Assembly (NCBI GenBank): GCA_913040915.1 | Contig: CAJWHW010000002.1 | Location: 22,129 to 86,128, forward strand | From: an uncultured Fidelibacterota bacterium | GTDB lineage: Bacteria; Fidelibacterota; Marinisomatia; Marinisomatales; UBA1611 | DNA: 64,000 bases | Reading direction: 5' to 3' | Shown here: positions 9,332 through 19,112 of the stretch, in pieces | How positions within the stretch are numbered: the stretch's first letter is position 1 | How the letters are laid out: each line of letters begins with the position of its first letter | Position numbers and translations under genes: made by a program | Notes under the pieces: model-generated | Database searches by the model: none | The model's input: only the letters and a program-made list of their open reading frames with translations | Told to the model about the DNA's origin: nothing

Positions 9332-11644
9332 TTATTTTTGAATTTTTAGTTTTTCACCAGACTTCGGTTTCTCTATTGAAACATCCAAAGACCATGCCTT
9401 GATAGCATGCTGAATCAGAGTAACCTCATTTTCATGAATGAAATCATCTGCGTTCGCTATACCAACATAGCAATCGATTAATTTTAATAATTCTTCATTT
9501 TGAAATCTATCATCTGCATAAATGATTTCTAGCGAATCATCAAATTGCTTTTGTCTTGCCTCTTCAGTTTTTAGCGCAATGAATCTTTCTGTTGTTAGTC
9601 CAAAGTCTCTATTAAAACTTTCATTGTCTACACCATCAGAAAAGATTTTGTAACTGTCAAAGATTGCATCTTTCTCTGATTCATCTATTTCTTGATCAGC
9701 AAAGAATGAAATGCATAATAGTGAGTAAAGTATGTCATGGTCAATCTTCCAATCTATAGTAGTATCTTCATCTGTTGTCTCTCGTGCGGCAATCTTTCTT
9801 TGCAATTCTTCCATTCGTTCTTTATCGGCGTCATTCAGATAGCCATCTTGACGTTGTCTTTTCTGCATCAGCTTGTCAACTTCCAGTGACAAAAATTTCA
9901 CATCTCGCTCAAGTGCTTCAAGTCTCTGGTCCATCAGGCTAAATAATAATTCTTTGAATGGATCAATTTGATCTTTCTCAGGTGCAAAATAGATGTTAAG
10001 TGTTCCCCTATCAGTGTCTTCCCAGAATTGTGGACCAAAAATTGATAAAAGAAAACATTGTGTATTTACGTTTGCCTTAAATGTTTTTTCATCAAAATAT
10101 GCAAGATCGTCCAAATAATCTTCTGCTATGGCTGTGGCAAACTCCGATTTCTTAACAGAAAGATAAAATAAGGCTAGGCCAATTTGAATTCTCCTTGTAC
10201 CATTATTGCCACCAAGGATTCCCTTATCAACCTCATCCTTTGAATAGCCTGGGGGTTTATCAAGTTGCAAGATCATTTTTAGTAGGTCCATCTGATCTTC
10301 ATCGCTCCATCCCTTTTCATGTATTAATACTTGGCATTTTCTCAACTCGAAAGTAAGAGTATCTACAACAAAATATAGCCCAGGATTTGCTTCTGCATTC
10401 TTATAGATGTCATTTGCATAAAATTTAAATTTATCATAGCAATATTTTGCCATGTCAACTCTATCTGCCTTGATGTATTCTTGTATCATATTGGAATAAT
10501 GAAATGAGAGATTGTATAGATTCCGGGGCTCGTTATTCTTATATGCATGTTTAATTGCGAACCTAAAAAGGGTGTTAAAACGTATGTTTACATGCCCAAG
10601 GATTATATCATCGTTGTTTTTTAGACAAGTCACTCCAATGTCCACCATTTCTGCAGGAATTAGTGATGCAATATCAAATCGATCATTGGTGATCATTTTA
10701 ATGTATGAACTTCCCAGAAGTCTAAAAGTTTTTACCTCGTAAAAGGTTTTTGAATCAGACATTTCTTGGTATTGAATGTCTGTATAGGTACGAAATGTTG
10801 CATTTGACCTAATGATGTCAGTTAGGTTAAAGAATTTTTCGTTAAAGTTAGATTTATGTTTTATATATAGTTGAATCACCTCACTGATCTCACGAATGAT
10901 ATCAGTCTGGGTTTCTTTAAATTCAGTAAAGGCCAGAAGATCATCCAATTGATCTAGAGAGCCCATAATTTCTTTTTGATATTCTTCTACTACTTCTATA
11001 CTGTCATCCATTGCAGAATAAATCATTTGTTTTTCCATCTTTAGTACAAAGCCTTGAATAATCGATGAAATGGTTGATACCACATTACTTGTTTTGGAAT
11101 ACAATAGAATATAGAATATGTATGGTAATGTGAAAATAGACCCTATGAATAGATATATATATGTGTTCAATACTGAACTTGAAACACGACCGAGGGGTTC
11201 AACATAAAACATGATCAAAACTGCATGAAGTGATGCAATAATTAAAAACCAAACATATATTAGGCTTAGCCAATCTTTAACAAAAAGGTCCATCAATTTG
11301 GGTGATGATTCTGCTGCAATTGCAATTACAATGATAAGTGTTCCAAGCACCATTGCAAGTACCCCCCCCCATATTTCTGGGGCAAAGTCCAAGGCAATTG
11401 TTTCAGGATCAGACAGGTCAATGTTAAATGTGGTGTGAAAATATTCTGTTATTGATGGAAAATATATATGGAATAAAACATCTGAAACTATCATCCCTAA
11501 GAGTACAATAATAAAAGAGATGATAGTCCGATATTTGAACTGGACACTGTTGAGCCTGATAAGTGTTGAATATATTTTTTTCATTACTATATTATTTTTT
11601 CGCCTTACCCAAGTTGGATAACATATTTTTAGAATATCCATCAT
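9332..11644 (-). CDS. large integral membrane protein with coiled-coil and C-terminal TerB-like helical domain
   Basis: 770-aa ORF (alternative start at M21, MKKIYSTL). The first ~190 aa contain several hydrophobic helices. A charged coiled-coil runs around LEALERDVKFLSLEVDKLMQKRQRQ. The C-terminal ~120 aa are homologous to the neighbouring 143-aa protein, including the shared block ADDFIHENE. The overall layout reminds me of DUF2254-type membrane proteins (unverified). Confidence 0.6.
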   Translation of the reverse strand: MMDILKICYPTWVRRKNNIVMKKIYSTLIRLNSVQFKYRTIISFIIVLLGMIVSDVLFHIYFPSITEYFHTTFNIDLSDPETIALDFAPEIWGGVLAMVLGTLIIVIAIAAESSPKLMDLFVKDWLSLIYVWFLIIASLHAVLIMFYVEPLGRVSSSVLNTYIYLFIGSIFTLPYIFYILLYSKTSNVVSTISSIIQGFVLKMEKQMIYSAMDDSIEVVEEYQKEIMGSLDQLDDLLAFTEFKETQTDIIREISEVIQLYIKHKSNFNEKFFNLTDIIRSNATFRTYTDIQYQEMSDSKTFYEVKTFRLLGSSYIKMITNDRFDIASLIPAEMVDIGVTCLKNNDDIILGHVNIRFNTLFRFAIKHAYKNNEPRNLYNLSFHYSNMIQEYIKADRVDMAKYCYDKFKFYANDIYKNAEANPGLYFVVDTLTFELRKCQVLIHEKGWSDEDQMDLLKMILQLDKPPGYSKDEVDKGILGGNNGTRRIQIGLALFYLSVKKSEFATAIAEDYLDDLAYFDEKTFKANVNTQCFLLSIFGPQFWEDTDRGTLNIYFAPEKDQIDPFKELLFSLMDQRLEALERDVKFLSLEVDKLMQKRQRQDGYLNDADKERMEELQRKIAARETTDEDTTIDWKIDHDILYSLLCISFFADQEIDESEKDAIFDSYKIFSDGVDNESFNRDFGLTTERFIALKTEEARQKQFDDSLEIIYADDRFQNEELLKLIDCYVGIANADDFIHENEVTLIQHAIKAWSLDVSIEKPKSGEKLKIQK

Positions 11645-11749
11645 GGGACTCGATTCTAGGGTTAGAATAGAAAAGAAAAACTACAATGAAGATATAATTG
11701 AAACAATAATCCATCTAAAAAATAAAGACAATGTTATTTTTGAGAAATC

Positions 11750-11776
11750 TTGACCTTGCCGGCTACAAATTATAAT
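11750..11776 (+). promoter_or_regulatory. candidate sigma70-type promoter for the 11876 gene
   Basis: TTGACC (11750-11755), a 15-nt spacer, then a perfect TATAAT (11771-11776), about 100 nt upstream of the ATG. The spacer is short, and the promoter consensus of this organism is unknown. Confidence 0.3.
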
Positions 11777-11875
11777 TTTTCATGATGTCTAATCCTTCAT
11801 AAACATATGTTTGTGCTTAAAGGCTGGACACTGAATATTAACCATTACCCAAAACAAAGAATATAAGGGGATTTT

Positions 11876-12307
11876 ATGGCAAACTGGAGTCAACATCACG
11901 ATTTAGTCTATGCTTTCGTCTGTGTATCATTTTTAGCAGATGGTCAAGTCGATGAATCTGAAAAAGAAGCCATGCGTGGCAATGTCAAAGTGATGTTGCC
12001 GGATGTATCTGATGATGCATATAACGCAATGGAAGCTGAGGTCATTGATAAGTTTATTGATTTAGGTGATGAAGCATCACGTACAAATCAATATGGTGAA
12101 TCTTTAACGGCACTCAAAGGATTATTTTCATCCGATGAAGACCGTTTTAAGGTAGTTAAAAACCTGGCTTATATCGCTAGAGCCGATGATTTTATTCATG
12201 AAAATGAAATGGCAATGGTGGAACAGGCTGTAAGTGTTTTAGAGATGACTGATAAAGTTAACCTTGTTAAAACAGAATCAACACTTTTTGTCGATTACAC
12301 AGGTTAA
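11876..12307 (+). CDS. small TerB-like domain protein (paralog of the C-terminus of the 770-aa membrane protein)
   Basis: 143 aa. The segments HHDLVYAFVCVSFLADGQVDESEKEA and ARADDFIHENEMAMVEQAV align with DHDILYSLLCISFFADQEIDESEKDA and ANADDFIHENEVTLIQHAI of the 9332-11644 product. Confidence 0.65.
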   Translation: MANWSQHHDLVYAFVCVSFLADGQVDESEKEAMRGNVKVMLPDVSDDAYNAMEAEVIDKFIDLGDEASRTNQYGESLTALKGLFSSDEDRFKVVKNLAYIARADDFIHENEMAMVEQAVSVLEMTDKVNLVKTESTLFVDYTG

Positions 12308-12332
12308 ATAATATCCAACATAACTTCATGAT

Positions 12333-12364
12333 AACCCCGACTTTAAATGTCGGGGTTGTCGTTT
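12333..12364 (+). terminator. rho-independent terminator after the TerB-like gene
   Basis: 9-bp stem AACCCCGAC/GTCGGGGTT with the 7-nt loop TTTAAAT, followed by the T-rich GTCGTTT. Confidence 0.65.
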
Positions 12365-12384
12365 AGTTGAAGGAGTATTAAAAC

Positions 12385-12570
12385 ATGGATGAACAAAGAG
12401 AAAAAGGTGCATCAAGGCGCAATAGTGATCGTAGAGATAATCATAGGAGAAATGAGCACAGAAGAAAAAGAAATTCAGATGTAGATGTTGAACGAAGAAC
12501 AAAAGTCGATCAAAGAAAAGACTATCAGCGTCAATCTAACAGAAGATCTGGTCAGGAGCGGAGGCATTAA
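12385..12570 (+). CDS. 61-aa highly basic Arg-rich small protein
   Basis: A strong SD, GAAGGAG, lies 9 nt upstream of the ATG, which is unusual in this SD-poor window. The protein has 18 Arg in 61 residues, including seven RR doublets (SRRNSDRRDNHRRNEHRRKR...NRRSGQERRH). Confidence 0.5.
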   Translation: MDEQREKGASRRNSDRRDNHRRNEHRRKRNSDVDVERRTKVDQRKDYQRQSNRRSGQERRH

Positions 12571-12588
12571 TAAAAAGACAATTATTTT

Positions 12589-13017
12589 TTATATATAATT
12601 GATTAATGTTTTTAACGCCTCTAAGTATCCAGGTTTCCCTAAACCTGAAATTTGATCTATGCACTTTTCCTTTATTACTGATATTCTTCTGAATTCCTCT
12701 CTTTGATTTATGTCACTGATGTGGACTTCAACTACTGGAGTCTTTATAGAAGAAATTGCATCTCGAAGTGCATATGAATAATGTGTTAATGCACCTGGGT
12801 TAATAATTATTCCATCAAATTTGTGTACAGAATTGTGAATTTGATCAATAAGATCTCCCTCGTGGTTAGATTGGAACCAAATTATTTCATGCTCAGCTGA
12901 TTCTATTTGAGAGTCAAGCCAAGATTCAATATCATTTAATGAATCGGTTCCATAAATATCAGGTTCTCTTAACCCTAATAGATTGAGATTAGGACCATTT
13001 AAGACTAAAAACTTCAT
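12589..13017 (-). CDS. aroQ: 3-dehydroquinate dehydratase, type II
   Basis: 142 aa. MKFLVLNGPNLNLLGLREPDIYG and IINPGALTHYSYALRDA are typical of type II DHQase. Confidence 0.93.
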   Translation of the reverse strand: MKFLVLNGPNLNLLGLREPDIYGTDSLNDIESWLDSQIESAEHEIIWFQSNHEGDLIDQIHNSVHKFDGIIINPGALTHYSYALRDAISSIKTPVVEVHISDINQREEFRRISVIKEKCIDQISGLGKPGYLEALKTLINYI

Positions 13018-14084
13018 TGAATTACTCGAAGAGATTCTTTGATTAATTGCTCAGAAACTTCTTGAGACGTATTTCCTTTGCCAAGCTTATCTAAAACCAC
13101 AAAATGAAGGATTCCATTTCTAACTTTTTTATCCTTTTTAACAAAAGATAAAATCGTATTTGGGTCTAATTTTTTAACATTAGGCAGTTTAAGTTTATTA
13201 ATTGTATTAAATAAGTGAATTTCATCATCTGCGTTGAGCCGTCCGATTTTTTTGGATATCCACGCTGCACATTTCATTCCTAGAGCTACAGCTTCACCAT
13301 GTCGTATTCGTCCATATCCAGAATACGCTTCCAAAGCATGACCAATGGTGTGACCAAAATTTAATAGTTTTCTCAATCCATCTTCCCGTTCATCTTTAGA
13401 AACAATTTCAGCTTTAATCTCACAAGATCTGAATATCGCTTTTTCAAAAGGAAAATTATTTAAATCATCAAGCCAAAATGATATGTCGTTAAAGAAATTA
13501 CGATCCCATATAGCACCATATTTTATAATTTCACCCAAACCAGCGATAGTCTCTTCTTTGGGCAAAGAGTTCAATATTTTAGGATCCACCAAAACTCCTT
13601 TTGGTTGATAAATAGATCCAATAAGGTTTTTCCCTTCAGCAATATTAATTCCTGTTTTCCCTCCAATTGCAGAATCCACCATAGCCAAAAGCGTTGTGGG
13701 AATTTGATAATAATCAATACCACGCATGAAAGATGATGAAACAAACCCACCTACATCACCGACCACACCACCACCCAATGCCAATACAACTGAAGATCTG
13801 TCACATTTGTATTCAATCATCTGGTTAATTAATTTGCTGAATTCATTTAAGCTTTTAGCAGTCTCTCCTATGGGAAGTGTTAAATAATCTATATCAAAGT
13901 CAGCATTTTTCAGTTCATTCATTAGTTGAAATCCAAATAATTCCATGAGCTTATGTTGAGATATAATTATCCACTTTTGACCGTGATTATGTTCAGACAA
14001 AAGTGCAGGGGCGCTCTGAAGTAGCCCCGATTTTACCTGAATTGGGTAAGAGCGAGTGCCTAGCTTAACTTGGATATTTTTCAT
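13014..14084 (-). CDS. aroB: 3-dehydroquinate synthase
   Basis: 356 aa. It contains LGGGVVGDVGGF, the VDSAIGGKTGIN motif and the metal-site HTIGHALE. Confidence 0.93.
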   Translation of the reverse strand: MKNIQVKLGTRSYPIQVKSGLLQSAPALLSEHNHGQKWIIISQHKLMELFGFQLMNELKNADFDIDYLTLPIGETAKSLNEFSKLINQMIEYKCDRSSVVLALGGGVVGDVGGFVSSSFMRGIDYYQIPTTLLAMVDSAIGGKTGINIAEGKNLIGSIYQPKGVLVDPKILNSLPKEETIAGLGEIIKYGAIWDRNFFNDISFWLDDLNNFPFEKAIFRSCEIKAEIVSKDEREDGLRKLLNFGHTIGHALEAYSGYGRIRHGEAVALGMKCAAWISKKIGRLNADDEIHLFNTINKLKLPNVKKLDPNTILSFVKKDKKVRNGILHFVVLDKLGKGNTSQEVSEQLIKESLRVIQ

Positions 14085-14578
14085 GATTTTAGATTAATTA
14101 AAATTTCATTTGTGATTATTTCAGGAGTTTTTCCATCAGTTTCTATAGTTATATCTGCCGTAGATGAATAATGATCTTTTCGTTTTGACCACAATTCACT
14201 AAGTGAATCTTCTGGGGAATTTTGAGCCAATAGAGGCCTTTTATTTGAATACTTTAATCTATTTGTTAATTCTCTAATGGAAGCTGTTAATAAGATAGTA
14301 GTACCATTTCTTCTAATCAGGTTACGGTTTTCTTCTTTCAGTATAATTCCACCACCACAAGATATAACTGAATCTGAAACTTTTTTAAGATGTTCTGTTT
14401 CTATTTTTCTGAAAATATTTTCTCCATCTATCCTAAATATATCAGAAATAGTCCTTTTTGTACTTTTTTCAATCTCTTCATCTAGGTCAATAAATGGCTT
14501 TTTCACCTTATTTGCTAACAAGATACCTATGGTTGATTTACCTGTACCCATCATTCCAATTATGAAAATGTTCATCAA
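14081..14578 (-). CDS. aroK: shikimate kinase
   Basis: 165 aa with the P-loop IIGMMGTGKSTIG. It has 4-nt overlaps on both sides. Confidence 0.9.
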   Translation of the reverse strand: MMNIFIIGMMGTGKSTIGILLANKVKKPFIDLDEEIEKSTKRTISDIFRIDGENIFRKIETEHLKKVSDSVISCGGGIILKEENRNLIRRNGTTILLTASIRELTNRLKYSNKRPLLAQNSPEDSLSELWSKRKDHYSSTADITIETDGKTPEIITNEILINLKS

Positions 14579-15735
14579 TATTTTGCAGTAGCATTTAAAT
14601 GAGCTTTGAGTTGCTCCATGGAATCGCCTCCAAACTTTTCCAATAATGCATCAACAAGTACAAAACATAACATACTTTCTGCAATGATTGAAGCTGCAGG
14701 TACAGCACATGAATCTGTTCTCTCTTTATGTGCGTTTTTCTTTTCTTTAGTATTAATATCAATAGATCGTAATGGTTTGATAAGAGTTGGGATTGGTTTC
14801 ATTGCAATTTTTAGAACTATAGGCTGGGCATTACTCATCCCACCTTCAATTCCGCCCGCATTATTTGAGTATCGGGTAAATTTTTTCCCATCATAACCAA
14901 TTTCATCATGAACTTCACTACCAAATATTTTTGCGCCTACAAAACCACTGCCAATTTCTATTGCTTTAAATGCATTCACACTCATCATCATTGCTGATAA
15001 GCGCGTTTGTAGTTTTCTATCCCATTGAGTATGTGCACCAAGTCCATAGGGAACCCCTGTTGCAATCACTTCAAAAATCCCTCCTACTGAATCACCTCTT
15101 TCTTTGGCACTTTTGATTTTGTTTATCATTTTTATTTCAGCATCATTATCTAGACAGCGAACATCCGATTCATCTGCTTTTTCACTCAATTGATTTGGTG
15201 TAAGATTCTTGGGCAAAGGATGATCATCCCTTATATCATGAATCTCGATCACTCGGCTTCCAACTTCTATATCCACATCTTCCAATAATTTTCGACAAAT
15301 GGACCCAAGTGCTACACGCATGGCGGTTTCTCGTGCACTGGAACGTTCCAAAACATTACGAATATCATCGAATCCATATTTTTGAACGCCAGCCAGATCT
15401 GCATGCCCGGGTCGTGGGAGAGTTACTTTCCGAATATCACCTTCTACTGGATTTATGGACATTTTCTTAGTCCAGTTTTTCCAATCCTTATTTTTAATAA
15501 TAAGTCCGACAGGTGCACCTATAGTTTTACCATGGCGAATACCAGACCAAATTTCAGCATAATCACTTTCAATTTTCATTCTTCCTCCACGGCCATATCC
15601 CATTTGGCGTCGCTGAAGATGTCTACCTATATATTTTTCAGAAATTTCTAATCCTGCAGGTATGCCATCTAAGATACCTAGCAAACCTTTTCCATGAGAT
15701 TCCCCAGCTGTTAAAAATTTAATTTGTCTTAACAT
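14575..15735 (-). CDS. aroC: chorismate synthase
   Basis: 386 aa. It contains FLTAGESHGKGL, RPGHADL and GGIEGGMSNAQPIV. Confidence 0.95.
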   Translation of the reverse strand: MLRQIKFLTAGESHGKGLLGILDGIPAGLEISEKYIGRHLQRRQMGYGRGGRMKIESDYAEIWSGIRHGKTIGAPVGLIIKNKDWKNWTKKMSINPVEGDIRKVTLPRPGHADLAGVQKYGFDDIRNVLERSSARETAMRVALGSICRKLLEDVDIEVGSRVIEIHDIRDDHPLPKNLTPNQLSEKADESDVRCLDNDAEIKMINKIKSAKERGDSVGGIFEVIATGVPYGLGAHTQWDRKLQTRLSAMMMSVNAFKAIEIGSGFVGAKIFGSEVHDEIGYDGKKFTRYSNNAGGIEGGMSNAQPIVLKIAMKPIPTLIKPLRSIDINTKEKKNAHKERTDSCAVPAASIIAESMLCFVLVDALLEKFGGDSMEQLKAHLNATAKY

Positions 15736-16535
15736 AATTTTAATTTTAATACCTTTTTAATTTTTCCTAAGTCAACTTGTTTAGAAATATTTTGTTTAAA
15801 CCATATATCACAAGATGCCAAACCCTGGGCAATGAACATATCTAAACCAATTACGGTTTTAACTTTAACCTCAATACCTTTTTTAAGCCATTTTGTTTGA
15901 AGAGGGTTGTAAATAGTTTCAACCAGTATATTTTTTTTGCAAAAATTAACACTCGGAATTGATTTAATATCTGGCCACATACCAATTGGAGTGCAGTTTA
16001 TGATTATTTGGTAATGATGCGGCTTGTTTAATTGTTGAACTTGTGTTGTATGTATAGTAGATATTTTTTTTATCCATTTGACAAGGTTCTTTGCTCTTTC
16101 AATAGTACGGTTAACAATTGTTATTGATTTTACTTTTTCCATAATCAGGGCATAAGCTACTGCCCGTGCTGCACCCCCAGCACCAAGGAGCACACAATTT
16201 TGTTCATTTAAATCAATACCATTGATTTCCATGGCTCTGGAAAATCCAATCCAATCAGTATTATAGCCCGTAGAGTTATCTACGCAATTGACAGCACCAA
16301 TGATTTGGGCGGCATCATCCAATCTATCCAAGAAAGGAATAATGGATTCCTTGTGTGGCAGGGTGACATTGAAACCATTTAATTGGTTTGAATTTATAAA
16401 TAAGTCCATTGAATTATCTTCTACCTGAATTTTTTCATATTCAGCTTTAATATTTAATTGTTTATATATTTCGTGATGTAACGTTGTACTCAAACTATGA
16501 GCGATAGGGTCACCAATAACTGCAAATCGTTTCAT
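15729..16535 (-). CDS. aroE: shikimate 5-dehydrogenase
   Basis: 268 aa. It contains VIGDPIAHSLS, FNVTLPHKE and LLGAGGAARAV. Confidence 0.92.
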   Translation of the reverse strand: MKRFAVIGDPIAHSLSTTLHHEIYKQLNIKAEYEKIQVEDNSMDLFINSNQLNGFNVTLPHKESIIPFLDRLDDAAQIIGAVNCVDNSTGYNTDWIGFSRAMEINGIDLNEQNCVLLGAGGAARAVAYALIMEKVKSITIVNRTIERAKNLVKWIKKISTIHTTQVQQLNKPHHYQIIINCTPIGMWPDIKSIPSVNFCKKNILVETIYNPLQTKWLKKGIEVKVKTVIGLDMFIAQGLASCDIWFKQNISKQVDLGKIKKVLKLKLC

Positions 16536-17779
16536 CGACGCAACCTTGCTAATCCATCATAGAACTCTGGATAAGAAATAGAAGCACAGTCCGGATAGTC
16601 TAAAAGCAATTCACCATCACTAATAATTCCTGCAACAGTAAAGGCCATTGCTATCCTGTGATCCCGAAATGTTTCAATTTTTGCACCCTTTAATTGTGTT
16701 GGTCCATGAATAATAAACCCATCTTTAAATTCTTCGATTCTACCACCCATATTTTTCAAATTGCTACAGATGGCATGAATTCTATCACACTCTTTTACAC
16801 GGAGTTCTTCTGCGCCTCTGACCACAGTTTTTCCAATTGCCTGGGTAGCCAAAATTGCAAGTATAGGTAATTCATCAATTATCCCAGGTACATCTTTTTT
16901 GGAAATTGATGTGCCCCTTAACTGTTGATAAACTACCCGTATATTACCTATTGGTTCTCCTGAATTGGTCCATTGTTTGATGCAGGTTATCCTAGCACCC
17001 ATTTTTTGGAGTATACTATAAAAACCAATTCGAGTGGGATTCCTTAAAATACTATTCAGAGTCAAATCCGAGTTTGGAACCATTGCTGCAGCTGCAGCAA
17101 AAAATGCAGCTGTGGATGGATCACCTGGGACCGTAAGTTGTATAGGAGCTAGGGGACGATTAGTTTTGGAAATAATTGTCTTTAGTTTATTAGTTAAGAT
17201 GTTAGCGCCCATACTCTTTAGCATTCGTTCAGTATGATCCCTAGAAAGAATCGGTTCAGTTATTGATGTTTCATTTTTTGAGCCTAAGCCTGCCAGAAGT
17301 ACAGCTGATTTTACTTGGGCACTTGCTATTGGTGAATTATAATGAATATTATTCAGATTACTCTTGTAAATGGTTATAGGCAATTTCCCATGATTACTTT
17401 TTGATTCCAATCCCATTTGTGATAATGGATCTAAAATACGATCCATAGGACGTGAAGAGAGAGAATCATCTCCAATTAAAGTTGCATTAATGCCCTTCAT
17501 GTGTAAAAGTCCTAAAAGCAATCGTGCTGTAGTTCCCGAATTTCCACAGTCTAATGGTTTTGTTGGGTCTAAAAATTTTCCCCCAATCACGATCAAAACA
17601 TCTCCATTATTTTCAAATTGAATACCACAGCTTTTTAGACAGGATATAGTAGTTTGTAAATCGGCACCAGTGGATAAATTAGAAATCCGAGACTCTCCAT
17701 CAGAAATAGCTGCAAACATAAGAGCGCGATGAGAGATTGACTTATCTCCCGGCAATGAGATTTTACCCTGAATGGCCAT
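16532..17779 (-). CDS. aroA: 3-phosphoshikimate 1-carboxyvinyltransferase (EPSP synthase)
   Basis: 415 aa. It contains LPGDKSISHRALMFAA, GNSGTTARLL and the DHRIAMAF motif. Confidence 0.95.
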   Translation of the reverse strand: MAIQGKISLPGDKSISHRALMFAAISDGESRISNLSTGADLQTTISCLKSCGIQFENNGDVLIVIGGKFLDPTKPLDCGNSGTTARLLLGLLHMKGINATLIGDDSLSSRPMDRILDPLSQMGLESKSNHGKLPITIYKSNLNNIHYNSPIASAQVKSAVLLAGLGSKNETSITEPILSRDHTERMLKSMGANILTNKLKTIISKTNRPLAPIQLTVPGDPSTAAFFAAAAAMVPNSDLTLNSILRNPTRIGFYSILQKMGARITCIKQWTNSGEPIGNIRVVYQQLRGTSISKKDVPGIIDELPILAILATQAIGKTVVRGAEELRVKECDRIHAICSNLKNMGGRIEEFKDGFIIHGPTQLKGAKIETFRDHRIAMAFTVAGIISDGELLLDYPDCASISYPEFYDGLARLRR

Positions 17780-19112
17780 TAGACTTTAATTCATCTGCAA
17801 TCAAAAAAGCTAATTCTATAGCCTGATTTGCATTAAGGCGTGGATCACAGTGAGTATGGTAACGGTTTGATAAATCAGATTCAGATATATCATCTAATCC
17901 GCCAGTACATTCTGTCACATTTTGTCCAGTCATTTCTAAATGAATACCTCCTAAATGTGAATCATTATTTTTGTGTATTTTAATATTTTGTTTTACTTCT
18001 TCTAAAATATGATCAAATGGTCGTGTTTTAATTCCACCAGAACTCTTAATTGTATTACCATGCATTGGGTCGCAGGACCAAATAACAGTTCTGCCTTCAG
18101 ACTGTACTTTTTCGACTAGCTTGGGTAAGTAGAATTCAACTTTTTTATGACCAAACCTTGTAATTAATGTAATCCTACCAGCCTGATCATTGGGATTAAG
18201 AATATCGAGAAGCTTAATTAATTCGTCAGCATCTAAAGAAGGACCACACTTAATGCCAATTGGATTATTGATTCCTCGGCAAAATTCTATATGAGCACTT
18301 TCTTCAAATCGCGTCCGATCTCCGATCCAGACAAAATGGGCTGATGTGTTATAAATATCACCAGATGTTGAATCGATTCGAGTCATTGCCTCTTCATATG
18401 GAAGTAATAATGCTTCGTGACTTGTATAATAATGCACTTGCCGGAGTTGAGGTGTATTGCTAGAATTAATTCCTAGTGCATCCATAAAGTTCAAGCTTTC
18501 TTGAATCTGATGAGCTAAATGTCGGTACCTTTCACCCTGCGGACCGCTTTTCACAAAACCCATATTCCAGGAGTTAACATGGCGAAGATCAGCGTAGCCT
18601 CCATCGGCAAAAGCTCGTAGTAAGTTTAAAGTAGATGCGGCTTGAGAATAGGCCTTTAGCATTCGGTCTGGGTCTGGTTGTCGTTTATTTGCTTCAAAAT
18701 GGATATCATTAATTATATCACCAGTGTAGCTTGGGAGTTCTATCCCATTTTTAGTTTCAGTAGGACTTGAACGAGGTTTGGCAAATTGTCCTGCCATTCT
18801 GCCAACTTTAACGACAGGGAGATTGGCTCCAGATGTTAGGATTACTGCCATCTGTAAAATGACCCTAAATGTATCCCGAATATTGTCAGCATTAAATTCT
18901 GTAAAACTTTCTGCGCAATCTCCACCTTGTAAGAGAAAGCCATTGCCTTCTGCCACTTCTGCCAGTGATCGCTTTAAAGAACGAACTTCACCCGCAAAAA
19001 CTAAAGGCGGAAATCCTTTCAATATATTTTCAACTTCACTTAAATGATCTTGATTTGAATAATTTGGAATATGTTTTGCTGTAAAATTCCGCCAACTATC
19101 AGGTTGCCACAT
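17763..19112 (-). CDS. aroG: 3-deoxy-7-phosphoheptulonate (DAHP) synthase, class II (plant-like type)
   Basis: 449 aa. The N-terminus W-PDSWR...HIPNY, then GRMAGQFAKPRS and a C-terminal HLGGIHLEMTG, are characteristic of class II DAHPS. Confidence 0.9.
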   Translation of the reverse strand: MWQPDSWRNFTAKHIPNYSNQDHLSEVENILKGFPPLVFAGEVRSLKRSLAEVAEGNGFLLQGGDCAESFTEFNADNIRDTFRVILQMAVILTSGANLPVVKVGRMAGQFAKPRSSPTETKNGIELPSYTGDIINDIHFEANKRQPDPDRMLKAYSQAASTLNLLRAFADGGYADLRHVNSWNMGFVKSGPQGERYRHLAHQIQESLNFMDALGINSSNTPQLRQVHYYTSHEALLLPYEEAMTRIDSTSGDIYNTSAHFVWIGDRTRFEESAHIEFCRGINNPIGIKCGPSLDADELIKLLDILNPNDQAGRITLITRFGHKKVEFYLPKLVEKVQSEGRTVIWSCDPMHGNTIKSSGGIKTRPFDHILEEVKQNIKIHKNNDSHLGGIHLEMTGQNVTECTGGLDDISESDLSNRYHTHCDPRLNANQAIELAFLIADELKSNGHSG

